This document shows positions 19,678-38,579 of a stretch of 64,000 bases of DNA, one piece after another (the first letter of the stretch is position 1; each line of letters begins with the position of its first letter). The stretch is from the human T2T-CHM13v2.0 reference genome, Homo sapiens. Position numbers and translations under genes: made by a program. Location: assembly GCA_009914755.4 (NCBI GenBank), contig CP068257.2:31968001-32032000 (forward strand). The letters are read 5' to 3'. The notes under the pieces were generated by a model, which worked only from the letters and a program-made list of their open reading frames with translations, made no database searches and had not been told where the DNA came from.

Positions 19678-20144
19678 TAACACTTTCACAGTCTTTACCA
19701 GCTCTTTGAAATGCTTCCTCTAGTAGCAATGATTCATGTGGACTAGCCAGAGTAGTCAGCACTGCATTTAGCAACAAACTAGTGCCATCTAGTGGGCGAA
19801 GTGGAGCATTCAAACATGCATGTTGAAATGCTCAGACAAGAGCTGAGAATTAAAACAGTAAAAACATATTAAGCACCAGGTGATAGCACACACAGTACTT
19901 TATTCCTTAGGTAACTCTTTAAGATAGCTATTCTCCCAATTTTACGGATGATGAAATAGGGTTCAGGGTAATTGATTAATTTGTCTAATGCCACATAGCT
20001 CATAAGGTGAATATATGACTTTAAAGCACATCTATTTCAACAGTGCACGCTCAATCAACGTATAATTTACTTATTGGGAACATCTTCTATCAAAAGGATT
20101 GGGACTACCATATTTTTATTAAAAACTCAATCATGTTGTCCTTA

Positions 20145-20471
<327 letters not shown>

Positions 20472-20544
20472 TTAATGTCAACACACTTGCTTTTGTGTTG
20501 GGGGTCCACAGGTGTTTATTATGTTATAAAAACTAAACAAATAA

Positions 20545-20855
<311 letters not shown>

Positions 20856-21175
20856 GCGAGCCATATTTCAGCATCTAAGAATTATAATTTGATCTCTTTC
20901 TAGTTTAGCTCCAAAGGAATAAAAACAACAATGCTGAAAATTTTGAATGAAAAATAAAATTAGTTTTAGGCTTGACAGAATTGCTTAAGAACTGAAAAGT
21001 ACAAAAGAGTTGGAAGAATTACTCTACTCTTTAACTCTATTATCAAGTTTGAGAAATAGGACTAACACCACATTTTGGGGGAATGTTTGAAACATAGCTC
21101 TTTGGTTTGGTAAAGAACAGACTTATTTGAGTTGAAAGTGACTGAGCACTGAGCACTCATTAAACAATCATGAAG

Positions 21176-21490
<315 letters not shown>

Positions 21491-21729
21491 TTAAAAATAA
21501 AAACAAATTATATACAAAAAAAATCACCAGGAAAGTAATAGAAACTAAAATAGAGTTGTGGTGAACTGAAAGTTTTCCCCTACAAACTTGCCGGGAAACT
21601 GAAATTATTCCCTTTTACAAAAGGTTGGAGCTACAACAGAGATTACAGGTTATTCAGTTGAGTGTCCTCATTTATAGATGCAGTCAGCATGCCTAGGATC
21701 TAGCCTAAAGGTCACACTGTTAGTCATCA

Positions 21730-23144
<1,415 letters not shown>

Positions 23145-23150
<6 letters not shown>

Positions 23151-23428
23151 TTCTGAGACAGGCTAGAGTGCAGTGGCGCAAATACAGCTAACAGTAGCCT
23201 CAACCTCCTAGGTTCAAGCGATTCTTCCTTCTCAGCCTCCCAAGCAGCTGGGACTATAGGCACACACCACCATATCTAGTTATTATTTATTTATTTTTTT
23301 TATTTCTTGTAGAGATGGGGTTTCACCATGTTATCCAGGCTAGTCTCGGACTCCTGAGCTCAAGCAATTGGCTCTGCCTTGGCCTCCCAAAGTGCTGGGA
23401 TTATTGGTGTGAGCTACTGTGCTTGGCC
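23145..23428 (-). mobile_element. Alu SINE (diverged)
   Basis: reverse-complement Alu. Confidence 0.85.
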
Positions 23429-23463
23429 TAGTACTTTTTTTTTTTAAACAAACTTTTTGTTGA

Positions 23464-23967
<504 letters not shown>

Positions 23968-23989
23968 TAAAGTACTTATTTTATGCTAT

Positions 23990-24268
23990 TTTATTTTTTT
24001 GAGACAGAGTCTTGCTCTGTTGCCCAGGCTGGAGTACAGTGGCACAATTTTGGCTCACCTCTGTCTCCTGGGTTCAAGCGAGTCTCGTGCCTCATCCTCT
24101 TGAGTAGCTCGGACTACAGGCATGTGCCACCACAGCTGGCTAATTTTTTATATTTTTAGTAGAGACGGGGTTTTGTCATGTTGGCCAGGCTGGTCTCAAA
24201 CTTTTGAGGGGTTCCACCTGCCTTGGCCTCCCAAAGTGCTGGGATTACAGGCATGAGCCACCACGCCT
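23990..24268 (-). mobile_element. Alu SINE
   Basis: reverse-complement Alu. Confidence 0.85.
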
Positions 24269-24545
24269 GTCGTACTTCTTTTAAAGAAACATTTTGCTGT
24301 GTTTTCTTCCTCAAGGAATATCTGCAATTGTTTTCTCTATATACTTTAATGGATTTCTGGACTTTAATCCATCCTCCTGATTTATAAATAAGGTAGAAGA
24401 AAAAGGCCATTTGTGTGGTTTGCCGGTCTTAGCTTAAACTTTATAGCTAGAAAATGGATGCTCTAATTTGCTTTTCTCCTTCTGGTCCATGTCATAATTC
24501 TCCAGTGTTCATCAGTGCCTAAAGGAATGGGCCTTGTTTGGTTGT

Positions 24546-24847
24546 TTTTTTTTTTTTTTTTTTTTTTGAGACAGAGTCTTACTCTGTCACCGAGGCTGGA
24601 GTACAGTGGCACTGTTGGCTCACTGCAACCTCCGTCTCCTGAGTTCAAGCGATTCTCCTGCCTCAGCCTCCCGAGTAGCTGGGATTACAGGCGCCCACGA
24701 CCATGCCCGGCTAGTTTTTATATTTTTAGTAGAGACGGGGTTTCACCATGTTGGCCAGGCTGGTCTCGGACTCCTGACCTCAGGCGATCCACCCATCTCG
24801 GCCTCCCAAAGTGCTGGGATTACAGGCATGAGCCACCGCGCCCAGCC
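24546..24847 (-). mobile_element. Alu SINE
   Basis: reverse-complement Alu. Confidence 0.9.
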
Positions 24848-25679
24848 AATTGTTGTTGTTTTTAATAATTTATCTTCTATAGCAATTTAGTTTTGGTTAC
24901 TTAATGAAAAGACTCCATATTCACAACGTACTCGAAAGAACAGGGCAATAAGGCCAACCATTCAAGGAAACTCTGGGGCCAAAAATAGGATAGTTTCCTG
25001 TAAAGGAGCCCGTGGCAGTCCTCAAATTTCAAACTGCACAATTTCAAGATAGCTCTGGATTAGAGACTCTCACTGCGTGGTATTTGAAAGAGGTCTTTAT
25101 CTTTCAAAGGAAGACACACACTTGGCTCCTCACTAGGCTTCATGTACGTTCCAATAAGTGCAGCCCTCAGATCTCTGAAAAAGTGTCTTTTGGAAATTAA
25201 TTTTTAATAAAATAATAAAGTATTATTGGAAATTTTAGATATAATGAATGACATTAATTTAAATAAAAATTACTTTAAATTTATAATTTTAGAAATGAAA
25301 TGCCAAAGATTTGGTAGCCTAGCTCAAGTTACTGTAAGGACTTAACTGAGTAAGATTACTATTTTTGGAAGACCCAAATCCAAATTAGCCTCTGTCCCCA
25401 AAAGGTCTGATTAGAGATCACATTATTTAAGAAAAGAACTTAGGAAAAGGTTTAATTCAATAGTTCAAGAACATAAGAGAAGGTATTTGCTACTATGGAT
25501 ATGGTATGAAGAACATAATGAATTCCAGCATAAGAAATATATGCTGGCTGTACCACTGGAGTCCTGGTGTATCCACTGACCACATCTTCCTCCCCTGCTC
25601 ACACAGGTAACTTCCACCCAACTTTCCATCCTCTACCTTTTCTCTATATCCTTAAATAACATATGCTTAATTTTGTACA

Positions 25680-26100
25680 TTTTTGAACTGTATATAAATA
25701 AATGGCATGGGACTGTTTGTATTCTTCTGTAACTTGCTTTTTTCACTCAATGCTGTTTGTGAGAGTCATCCACTTTGATATGTTTAGCTCTTACTCATTT
25801 TCACTGCTCAATAGAAATTCATTCTATGAATATTTTCAATTATCTATTTGCTTGGTGATGGACATTTGGGCTGTTTCCAGTTTCTTTCACTATTACAAAT
25901 AAGCTGCTATCAACTCTTATGCAGTATGCCTCCTAGTGCACATCAAATTTCCATAGGCTACATGAGTGGAATTACTAGGTCTGGTATATATACATCATTA
26001 ATTAGATAAAGCTAAATTGTTTTCTAACATATTTGTACCAACTTACACTCCAGCACATGAAAGGTTCCATCATTCCACATCCTTCCCACACTTTGGGATG
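25680..26100 (-). mobile_element. L1 LINE fragment (old, antisense)
   Basis: TGGACATTTGGGCTGTTTCCAGTTTCTTTCACTATTACAAATAAGCTGCTAT... is the classic antisense L1 ORF2 3' segment. Confidence 0.6.
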
Positions 26101-26103
26101 GTC

Positions 26104-26404
<301 letters not shown>

Positions 26405-26654
26405 TGATGGTCAGACTTTTTAACTTTTGTCAGTCTGGTGGATGCATAATGTTATCTCTAAGTGGTTTTAATTGCTTTCCCCTGATTACTTAGGAGATGA
26501 AGCAACTGTTTAATATGGTTTCATGAAGTGTGTGTGTGTGTACATGTACTTTAAATATTCAAAAAATAAATTACCATAAGAAAAATTAAAAACGAATATT
26601 TCAGTTAAACTCAACACTAGTCAAAAGATATTAGAAACCAAAGATAAGTGCTCT

Positions 26655-26941
26655 TTTTTTTTCTTTTTTGAGACAGAGTCTCGCTCTGTCACCCAGGCTG
26701 TAGTGCAGTGGTGCAATCTCAGCTCCATCTCCAGAGTTCAAGCAATTCTCATGCCTCATCCTCCTGAGTAGCTGGAATTATAGGTGCGTGTCACCACACC
26801 CAGCTAATTTTTTTGTCTTTTCAGTAGAGACCAGGTTTTGCTATGTTGGCCTGGCTGGTCCCAAACTCCTGGCCTCAGGTGACCTGCCCACCTTGGCCTC
26901 CCAAAGTGCTGGGATTACAGGTGTGAGCCACCACACCTAGC
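26655..26941 (-). mobile_element. Alu SINE
   Basis: reverse-complement Alu. Confidence 0.9.
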
Positions 26942-27354
26942 TTGAGATGAGTGTTCTTGATTCTTTCCCGTCTCAAACTCTCCATGTACTGTCTAAATTT
27001 TATATGTTTTTTGTTTCAGTCAATAACCAAGAGTAAAAAAAAATTTTTAATTCTGATTAGGTATATAATTTAAGAGCCAAGAGAGAAATCACTTTTCAAA
27101 GATCTTACCATGAGCAGTGTTAGTAAAACTTAAAGGTCTATATATTGTTTAGTCTGAATATGAATTTTATGAATACTAATTATAAGCTAGAAGTATTCAC
27201 ATGACCAGCCAACATTTTTTACATACATGACTGGCTAATGATACTTTATTAAGTACAACACTTATGGTAGATTCAAAAAAATTAAAATGTTATTAAACCA
27301 TATGTCAGTGAAGTAAGACTTATGTGAGCTCCAAAGTACTGAATTGCTACATAC

Positions 27355-27423
27355 CCAAGTAATGCTCATGTACTCTAACAACTTCACAAAGTCCAGGGTC
27401 TTCAGAGTCCAGGGGCAAAATTC
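27355..27423 (-). CDS. CRYZL1: CRYZL1 exon 6 (69 nt): (G)ILPLDSEDPGLCEVVRVHEHYL
   Basis: Acceptor tttttag|GAATTTTGCC and donor TACTTGG|gtatgtag. Confidence 0.85.
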
Positions 27424-27716
27424 CTAAAAATCAAAACAAGAAATTAAAGGGATGTAAGTCAAAAATTCATTCCTAATGAGAGGCCAGTATTATTACAAAT
27501 TTTGTTCAGTGAAATTTTGAGGAAGGTTCCAGTAATTACTAGTGTGGACAAGAAAAAATTCAGAAATGGGATGGGAAGTGCACTGTGCCACTCCTGCTAT
27601 CGCTTTCTTCTTTCCCCTCTGAGTGACAGTAAGATGATGGCTGATGTTATAGAACAAAGTCAGAGTCTTGGGAGCATCTGGACTCCTTGTTAAAACTCTC
27701 CCTGATGGGCTGGGCG

Positions 27717-28332
<616 letters not shown>

Positions 28333-28374
28333 GTCCTTGATGCATAGCTACCTTCCTATAGTTTGGTTCCATGA

Positions 28375-28687
<313 letters not shown>

Positions 28688-28971
28688 GAGTATGTTTCTA
28701 ATAAAATCCCATTTTTCTTCTAAGCTAGTCTGATTTTGTTTTTGGTTTCTCACAAAAAGAATCTTGAATAATACAGAGTGCCACTGATTTCCTGAGCAGA
28801 ATAAAAAGACAAGAAAGAAATAATCAATTCTCCAGGATAATGCCTGAGTCAAAGGCAATACTATAAAAAGCTGATGAAAACTTTCTTACAAATCTATCCT
28901 TTAAGAATTTCAAGCATGCTATAATTTTAACGCTATAAGGCTAAATATTTTTTCTTTCTTTTCTTTCTCTC

Positions 28972-29262
28972 TTTTTTTTTTTTTTTTTTGGACAAGGTCT
29001 CCCTCTGTCACCAGGCTGGAGTACAGTGGTGTGATCATGGCTCACTGCATCCTCAAACTTCCAGGCTCAGGCGATCTCCCACCTCAGCCTCCTGAGTAGC
29101 TGGGACCACAGGTGTGTGCCACCACGCCTGGCTAATTTTTGTATTTTTTATGTAGAGTCGAGCTTTTGCAATGTTGCCCAGGCTGGTCTTGAACTACTGG
29201 GCTCAAGTGATCTTCCTGTCTTGGCCTCACAGAGTGCTAGGATTACAGGTGTGAGCCACCAC
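28972..29262 (-). mobile_element. Alu SINE (older)
   Basis: reverse-complement Alu. Confidence 0.85.
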
Positions 29263-29360
29263 ATAATATATATTATATGGCCCTATATAATACAAGTTAT
29301 ATAAATGTTTTCTAACTTTATGTCTTCCACAGAGAAATGAAAATTTCAAGGATTACTATA

Positions 29361-29460
29361 AAAGTCATAGCCTATGTTTGTGTGACTGTCTAGGATGCAG
29401 GTTGCAACTATAAAAGTCATAGCCTATGTTTGTGTGACTGTCTAGGACACAGGTTGCAAA
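29361..29460. repeat. Tandem duplication, 2 x about 50 bp (CTATAAAAGTCATAGCCTATGTTTGTGTGACTGTCTAGGA(T/C)(G/A)CAGGTTGCAA)
   Basis: two near-identical adjacent copies read directly. Confidence 0.9.
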
Positions 29461-29755
29461 ATTGCAAAAATACTGTGGATTTTAAAAAACAATAAAAGTT
29501 TTAAGTCAATTTTTAGTTTTACAAGAGTTGTAAGAGAAAAGCTCTGTATGATTTCAGTTGAAACGGTGCATGGAGCTTCTATATGGCCCAGTCAGTCAGC
29601 AGCCTTCAAGCATGTGACTTGTAACTTTCCTTCTCCCTAAAGACTTCAGTCTGGCCACAGACTAAGCATCTGCCAGAAAAAGGCTACACCAAGCACTATA
29701 GCAACTATGATTATCTTTTTATCTATAAAACTGTTCTACAGCTAAATATATATAT

Positions 29756-30014
29756 TTTTTATTATACTTTAAGTTTTAGGGTACATGTGCACATTGTGCA
29801 GGTTAGTTACATATGTATACATATGCCATGCTGGTGCGCTGCACCCACTAACTCGTCATCTAGCATTAGGTATATCTCCCAATGCTATCCCTCCCCCCCC
29901 CAACCCCACCACAGTCCCCAGAGTGTGATATTCCCCTTCCTGTGTCCATCTGATCTCATTGTTCAATTCCCACCTATGAGTGAGAATATGCGGTGTTTGG
30001 TTTTTTGTTCTTGT
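29756..30014 (-). mobile_element. L1 LINE 3' end (young L1PA-like, 5'-truncated to about 260 bp, antisense)
   Basis: poly-T then TATACTTTAAGTTTTAGGGTACATGTGCACA...GGTTTTTTGTTCTTG, the RC of the L1 3'UTR terminus. Confidence 0.85.
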
Positions 30015-30082
30015 GAGTTTTAAATGTTCTGCTATTGCAATCAAGGTCCCAATTTTTATCATCAATAGAAATTTGACAGTAA

Positions 30083-30454
<372 letters not shown>

Positions 30455-30522
30455 TTATATAGAAAAAACAGAGATGACGGTAAAATAGATGACTTGAAAT
30501 AAGACTATGAACTATAACTTAC

Positions 30523-30567
30523 CAACTACTTCATCATCTGGTTGAAAGAATGATACCTTGCTTCCAA
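30523..30567 (-). CDS. CRYZL1: CRYZL1 exon 5 (45 nt): (V)GSKVSFFQPDDEVV
   Basis: Acceptor ctctttag|TTGGAAGC and donor GTAGTTG|gtaagtt. Confidence 0.8.
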
Positions 30568-30841
30568 CTAAAGAGTGAAGAAAATTAATAGTTAATATTA
30601 CAAGTTTATTAAATATAATTCTTATCTATTAAAATACATTTTTAAAATCTGTGGATTTGTAAAAAGACTGATTTTGTTTAATGTGGAAAAAAGGACCAAA
30701 ATGTCAATAACATTTTGATGGTCTGTAAAGACTACAGGATATACAGCACTTCAAATCTGGATTCTCTAGATATTTGGGCCATGCGATTATTGTGACCAGG
30801 AGAAGTATCTCTCTCTTTGCCTATTTAGTTGACTTTATTCA

Positions 30842-31131
30842 TTTTTTTTTTGAGATGGAGTTCTGCTCTTGTCAACCAGGCTGGAGTTTGTGGCACGATC
30901 TTGGCTCACTGCAACCTCCACCTCCCAGGTTCAAGTGATTCTTGTGCCCCAGCCTCCCGAGTGGCTGGGACTAATGGCATGCACCATCATGCCTGGCTAA
31001 TTTTGTATTTTTAGTAGAGACAGGGTTTCACCACCTTGGCCAGGCTGGTCTTGAACTCCTGACCTCAACTGATCCACCCGCTTTGGCCTCCCGAAGTGCT
31101 AGGATTACAGGTGTAAACCACTGTGACTGGC
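30842..31131 (-). mobile_element. Alu SINE with TSD CTATTTAG(T/C)TGACTTTA
   Basis: TSD on both flanks. Confidence 0.9.
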
Positions 31132-31260
31132 CTCTATTTAGCTGACTTTAAGGAAGAAGGAGTAAAGAAACTAATCTATTCTATAGCTTCTATGATAATT
31201 ATATTGTTTTCTACTCCTCCTGTGGCTAGCCCAATCTGTCTTTATTTTTGTTGCAGAATC

Positions 31261-31800
31261 TCATACAACAGGGAATTCTGAGAATGCAGCAGGACAAGCC
31301 GCAGACAAAACTCTTCAGACACTGAGTTAAAGAAGGAAGGGCTTTATTTGGCCGGGAGCTTCGGCAAGACTCACGTCTCCAAAAACTGAGCTCCCCAAGT
31401 GAGCAATTCCTGTCCCTTTTAAGGGCTTACAACTCTAAGGGGGTCCGTGTGAGAGGGTCGTGATCGATTGAGCAAGTAGGGGGTACGTGATCGGGGGCTG
31501 CATGCACTGGTAATCAGAACGGAACAGAACAGGACAGGGATTTTCACAATGCTTTTCCATACAATGTCTGGAATCTACAGATAACACAACCGGTTAGGAC
31601 AGGGGTCGATCTTTAACCAGGCCCAGGGCGTGGCGCTGGGCTGTCTGCCTGTGGATTTCATTTCTGCCTTTTAGTTTTTACTTCCTCTTTCTTTGGAAGT
31701 AGAAATTGGGCATAAGATGAGGGGTGGTCTCCTCCCTTAAGAAGAGTGACGTTAAAATTACTTTGATTTGGGAAATAAATTCAGGTTGGTACCAAGAAGT
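31261..31800. mobile_element. Unclassified non-Alu interspersed element, possibly a solo LTR (starts TGAGAATGCAG..., ends ...GGTACCA); retains more than 10 CpGs
   Basis: No Alu/L1 hallmarks. LTR-like TG...CA termini. Family not identified. Confidence 0.3.
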
Positions 31801-31824
31801 TTTCTGGAACTTTATAGAAATGAT

Positions 31825-32137
<313 letters not shown>

Positions 32138-33371
32138 TTACATTTTCTCTGCATATGTAGAGAAAAAGCCTCGACTATCAGTCAATTCATTTGAGTAGTT
32201 TCATTCAATGAGTTACAAGAGGAAAGGGGAGGAAAAAACTCCAAATATTGTTGAATGCCTCCTTGTGCCCAGCATTGTTGTGTGTTTATGCATTTAAACT
32301 TCACAATGTACCAATAAGGTAGGTATTATTATTTCTATTTAACAGACAAGGAAGCTGACATGAAGCGGTGAAGTAAGCTGGAAACCTGAATCTGGAAATG
32401 GCCCCTTTGACTGGCTCTGTCAACAAAATGGCCCCAGAGTGCATTTGTTGCCACTAGCAAGTAATTCGAAGCCTGGTATTTCTACTTTCAAGTCTTTCTT
32501 TTGGAGTTTGCTTCTTCTTTGGCTCCCTCCTGTGCCATCATCCCCCAATCCTTTTGGCTTCTGATTCACTATACTTTTATCTTTCCCTTCTACTGCTGAT
32601 CCCTGTCCTCCTAAGGTCACTCTGACTCTTTTTTTCTTGGTTTCTTTCATACTCCTCTTCTTTTAATTGACCCTCAAACAGTGCATTCCAAAGGGTTCTT
32701 TGTTTACATCTCTCCTCCTTTTCTACTCTATCCCTTGGAGAACTCATCAATTCTATTATTTCAAATACAACCTACATGCTGACATTTCTCAAATATGTAC
32801 TTTCCAGCATAGATCTCTCACCCTTGAGCTTTAACTCATTTAATTGCTTACTAGATATTGCCAGTGAGATGTCACTTAAGTTCCTTGAACTCAGTAAGTA
32901 TAAATCTAAACTCATAATATTCCTCCAAATTGGATCATCTTCCTTTATCAAATGTTGGTTCCAATTCAAGCCTGAACAAGAACTCTGTAAGCCATTCCTG
33001 GTTCTGATCTGTTTTTAATTTCCCAGTTACTAGGTCCTGCAGACTTTATTTCCTCAATATGTCTTGAATCCATCCCTCTTCTCCACCTCTGCCACCACTG
33101 TTGAGGTTATGGACTTTGCTGTTTCTTGCCTCTTGGTCTACAACCCAACCAGTCCTCTTGCCTTTAGACTCGTTTGCCTTACATCCACCCTTCCTTCAAA
33201 TGCCTACTCTAATAATCTCCCTAAAATACAATCTGATATCTAAGGCTCAACCAAAGGTCTGGCCCTTGCCTATCCTCCTGCTTCATTTTAGGAAGGCAGG
33301 AATTAGTGTTCACATAATCATGAAAGTATTTTGTACAATATCTTTTATTCTGCAATATTCGAAGGATAATT

Positions 33372-33505
33372 TTTTTTTCTTTTTCTTTTTTTTCTTTTGA
33401 GACAGGGTCTTGCTCTGTTGGCTCAAACTCCTGTGCTCAAGCCATCCTCTCACCTCTGCTTCCCAAAGTGCTGGGATTACAGGTGTAATCCACCAAGCCC
33501 AGCCT
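33372..33505 (-). mobile_element. Internally deleted or partial Alu
   Basis: poly-T GAGACAGGGTCTTGCTCTGTTGGCTCAAACTCCTG... Confidence 0.7.
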
Positions 33506-34329
33506 AGGAGGAGAATTTTCTTGACAAAATGTTTCTCTGCTACCAAGTACCATACCCTTGACGCCTGCCCAGGACTTTATCTTGCTCTAGCAATACCAAA
33601 CTCTTTGTAATTCTTATACACATCCCACTTTCACTTGCTTGTCTTTGCTCATAATATCCTCCCTGCTAGGTGTGATTCTCAACATGCTTGCCCCTTATGA
33701 TTTGGACATCTTACTCCAAGACGCCTTTCCTGTTTCTTCTGGCCAGGTTAAGCAACTTTCTTCCAAGCTTACATAATAATCTGCTCATGTGTATATTTGT
33801 CTCTCCCCTAGAGAGTGAACCGTTTAAGGGCAAGGAGTTCGTTTCACTTATATCCTAAGCAGTTAGCAATTGCTCATTAAATGTAAAATGAATGATCATC
33901 TAGTTATTGTATTTATTTTTCTACAGTCTGAGAAAAAAGAAACATAATTATCATTTAGCTATGTCAGAAGATTACATAGAGTATCAAATCTATTCTACGT
34001 TAAAATCCCAGGTAAAACTCAAATATACTCTAACATACCTTAACACATTTATTCATTCGCATAGGAGGTAAAAGCAAACACGTTAATCATGAACCACCTG
34101 TTAGTGAATATTAAGTATAGGTCTATTTAGAAACAAATTATATCAAATGCCTGATATAAGGCTTACTGTTCTGTATGTAAAGATCATTATTTCATCATAA
34201 AAAGACAATATTGGTCATTCTATTCAATATATGATTACTTGTGGATTTAAATATATAACCCCTAAATATTTACCACTGTAATAAGCTCTTCACTTATAAA
34301 ATACCAATTGAGTCCTATTTTTCTTTTCA

Positions 34330-34662
<333 letters not shown>

Positions 34663-34722
34663 GAAGCTAGACAAAGCCAGGCATAATGTCGTGTACCCGT
34701 AGACCAGGGGTGTCCAATCTTT

Positions 34723-35023
34723 TTTTTTTTTTTTTTTTTTTTTGAGACGGAGTCTCGCTGTCGCCCAGGCTGGAGTGCAGTGGCGCAATCTCGGCTCACT
34801 GCAGGCTCCGCCCCCTGGGGTTCACGCCATTCTCCTGCCTCAGCCTCCCGAGTAGCTGGGACTACAGGCGCCCGCCACCTCGCCCGGCTAATTTTTTGTA
34901 TTTTTAGTAGAGACAGGGTTTCACCGTGTTAGCCAGGATGGTCTCGATCTCCTGACCTCGTGATCCGCCCGCCTCGGCCTCCCAAAGTGCTGGGATTACA
35001 GGCGTGAGCCACCGCGCCCGGCC
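34723..35023 (-). mobile_element. AluY SINE (young) with perfect 17-bp TSD GGGGTGTCCAATCTTTT (34706..34722 and 35024..35040)
   Basis: TSD and near-consensus AluY read directly. Confidence 0.95.
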
Positions 35024-35167
35024 GGGGTGTCCAATCTTTTGGCTTCCCTGGGCCATACTGGAAGAGAAAGAATTGTCTTGAGCAACACATACAATACACT
35101 AACACTAAATGACAGCTGATGAACCAAAAAAAAAAAAAAATCATGTAATTTTTTTTCAAATTAATAG

Positions 35168-35459
<292 letters not shown>

Positions 35460-35559
35460 AAAAAATCACATAATGTTTTAAGAAAATTCACGAATTTGTG
35501 TTGGGCTGACTTCAAAGCTGTCCTGGGCTGCATGCTGGTTGGACAAGCTTGCTGTAGAC

Positions 35560-35693
35560 TTAGCTACTCAGGAAGCTGAGGCAGCAGGATTGCTTGAACC
35601 CAGGAGTTAAGGCTGTAGCTATGATCAGGCTGGGCAACACAGAGAGACCTTGTCTCTCAAAAAATAAAAATAAAAATAAAAAAGGACATGTTC
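35560..35693 (+). mobile_element. Partial Alu (right arm)
   Basis: GCTACTCAGGAAGCTGAGGCAG... Confidence 0.75.
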
Positions 35694-35814
35694 ATATAAT
35701 TAAATTTAAATTTGAAAGGCTGTATATAATTTTATGTACCAGTAAACCAATTAGCTACATTTAATCTCTTTTACCTTAGAAAATAAATACATATACTCAC
35801 ATCTGTATACTTAC

Positions 35815-35887
35815 CATCTAATACAATTCCAGCAATTTCTCTCCCAACAGGAAATAAATCCTTTTTCATCTTCATTTCTGCCAGAAG
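35815..35887 (-). CDS. CRYZL1: CRYZL1 exon 4 (73 nt): [24 protein letters not shown]
   Basis: Acceptor tgatttag|CTTCTGGCAG and donor TTAGATG|gtaagtatac. Confidence 0.85.
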
Positions 35888-36683
35888 CTAAATCATGACA
35901 AAGGCAGTTAACATACTATTGTCAGAAGAAATCCTGGACTCCATTATATATGAGGAAAGCGAGAGTAAAAGTCAAATCACAGAAAGAGCAAATATGGTTC
36001 AAGTTTTGGAACTGAGACAAAGCAAATAACTTCACAAAATAGGTTTCTCTAAAGGGTAGGAAACCAAGAATTTACTGAGGCATTAGTTGTTCTGCAGGAC
36101 TTAGGAATGAATATTATTATTCAAATTACCATTAACATCCTTTGTTTAACATCTTTACTCTGCCAAGTATGAAGGGAAATTATGGCCAAAACATTTCTTG
36201 ATTGGCTAAACACTATCAGTCATCTTACTCAGGTGAAGGGAGGGTAGTCTGGAGAGAAGACTGTTGAATAAGGGGGTGTGGCCAATGAGAACAAAGGGTT
36301 CTCCATTCCTATACCCTTTAAAATCACCTGAGTTCTCAAAAGCCTTGGGTTAGGGAGTGGGTGAGAAGTAGTGATGGATATTAACAGGTAATCTGCCATA
36401 TAATTTCAGATTCATGGTGACTGGAGTTTCTTTTGGTTAAGGCTAAATTTTTAAGAGATTGGTATTTTATTAGATTGTGACCAAATTAACTGTAAGTACT
36501 TGTCTTTTGAAGTAACAGGGTATACTGTCTTTAAGCCCGTGGTTTAAGCTCCTGGCACTTAACACTACAGATGCTGAACGTATTTGTAGATACCACAATA
36601 TTTTAGGAACAGTAAGTAAAAAGAAATTAATTCTCTTCTATATTTATTTTTCAATTTTCTGATCTCCTGTATTGTATACTTGA

Positions 36684-37082
<399 letters not shown>

Positions 37083-38082
37083 ACAGTATTTCTTTTATGC
37101 ACATTTGTATGGAGTTAAAACTATGGTTTTAGCAATTGCATCCTGGCTCCTTCACTTACCATAAGCATTTTCTTACATTACCCACACAGTTTTCATAACC
37201 ATTATGCTTAACAGATGTGCAATATTTCATTCAACCGATTTTACTATAATTTACTATTTATTTCTGTTAGACAAGGAGATTATTTCTTAGACTTGGATTT
37301 TAATGGATTTTTCCATTTTAATAAAAACATCTGAAAACAGAAGTCTGCAGACAAGGTCTAGTACTAGTACTCTTGTGAAAAGACTTCAGGGGATCCCACT
37401 AATGCATTTCTCAAGTCATGCTCATGTTACAGAGTTGCCCAGTGAAAGCCTATACCTGGTCTGTAATTTCCTAAGTGTGACTTTATCAAAGAAGACTTTT
37501 AGGTTCCTAAAAATTATAGTCACATTATAATCCAATAAGTTACGGGTCATGTAAACTATGGCATTAATCCTAAAAAATAAAACAAAACAAACAAAAAAAC
37601 GGAGTAAATGGACCTGCTCAATTTATCATGGCACATTTAACCACAGTTTATTTACCACTGAAAACATTCTATGTATTTCATGGTCAATAATGAAAGATTA
37701 CTGCAGGGTAATGTGAGGTAAAGATGTATGTTTATGAGAGAGCGACACAAAAAGAAATGACAAGAGAAATATGAACCATAACTAGTAATATTAGTTAAAT
37801 ATCTAATTGGTAGCTAATAAACTGATTAGGTTTCTAGTTTCTATTTTATTATTTATTTCTTCCTTAATAATAGGCTTTGTTAATTATAAACTCTTAGTTT
37901 TTTGCAATGTAAAGGAGTTTATAAAATATTATAAAATATTTACATTATGTCTGTTTTCTTATAAAATATTTGTATTTTCATATAAAATACGTAACTTCAA
38001 TCAGACTAATAATGTCCCTTATATAGAAATATACAAAAGCACACTAAATTTTTTCCCCTAGCTGTTCTATTCTAAAGATGGT

Positions 38083-38380
<298 letters not shown>

Positions 38381-38501
38381 TAACAAAAATGAAGATGGTA
38401 ATAAATTCTTCACATTGAGAGGTCAGTTATCGTTATATTTATACACTAAATACACTAAGAAACTCTCATTTTACTTTGTGCCATAATAAAAGAACCAATA
38501 C

Positions 38502-38579
38502 CTTTGTATTTATCTGGCTCAGAGCACAAGCTTTAACTTGAAGTTTCACAAAGTTATCCTCTGTAACAGGAAGATCTTC
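38502..38579 (-). CDS. CRYZL1: CRYZL1 exon 3 (78 nt): [26 protein letters not shown]
   Basis: Acceptor ttctag|GAAGATCTTCC and donor ACAAAG|gtattgg. Confidence 0.85.
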
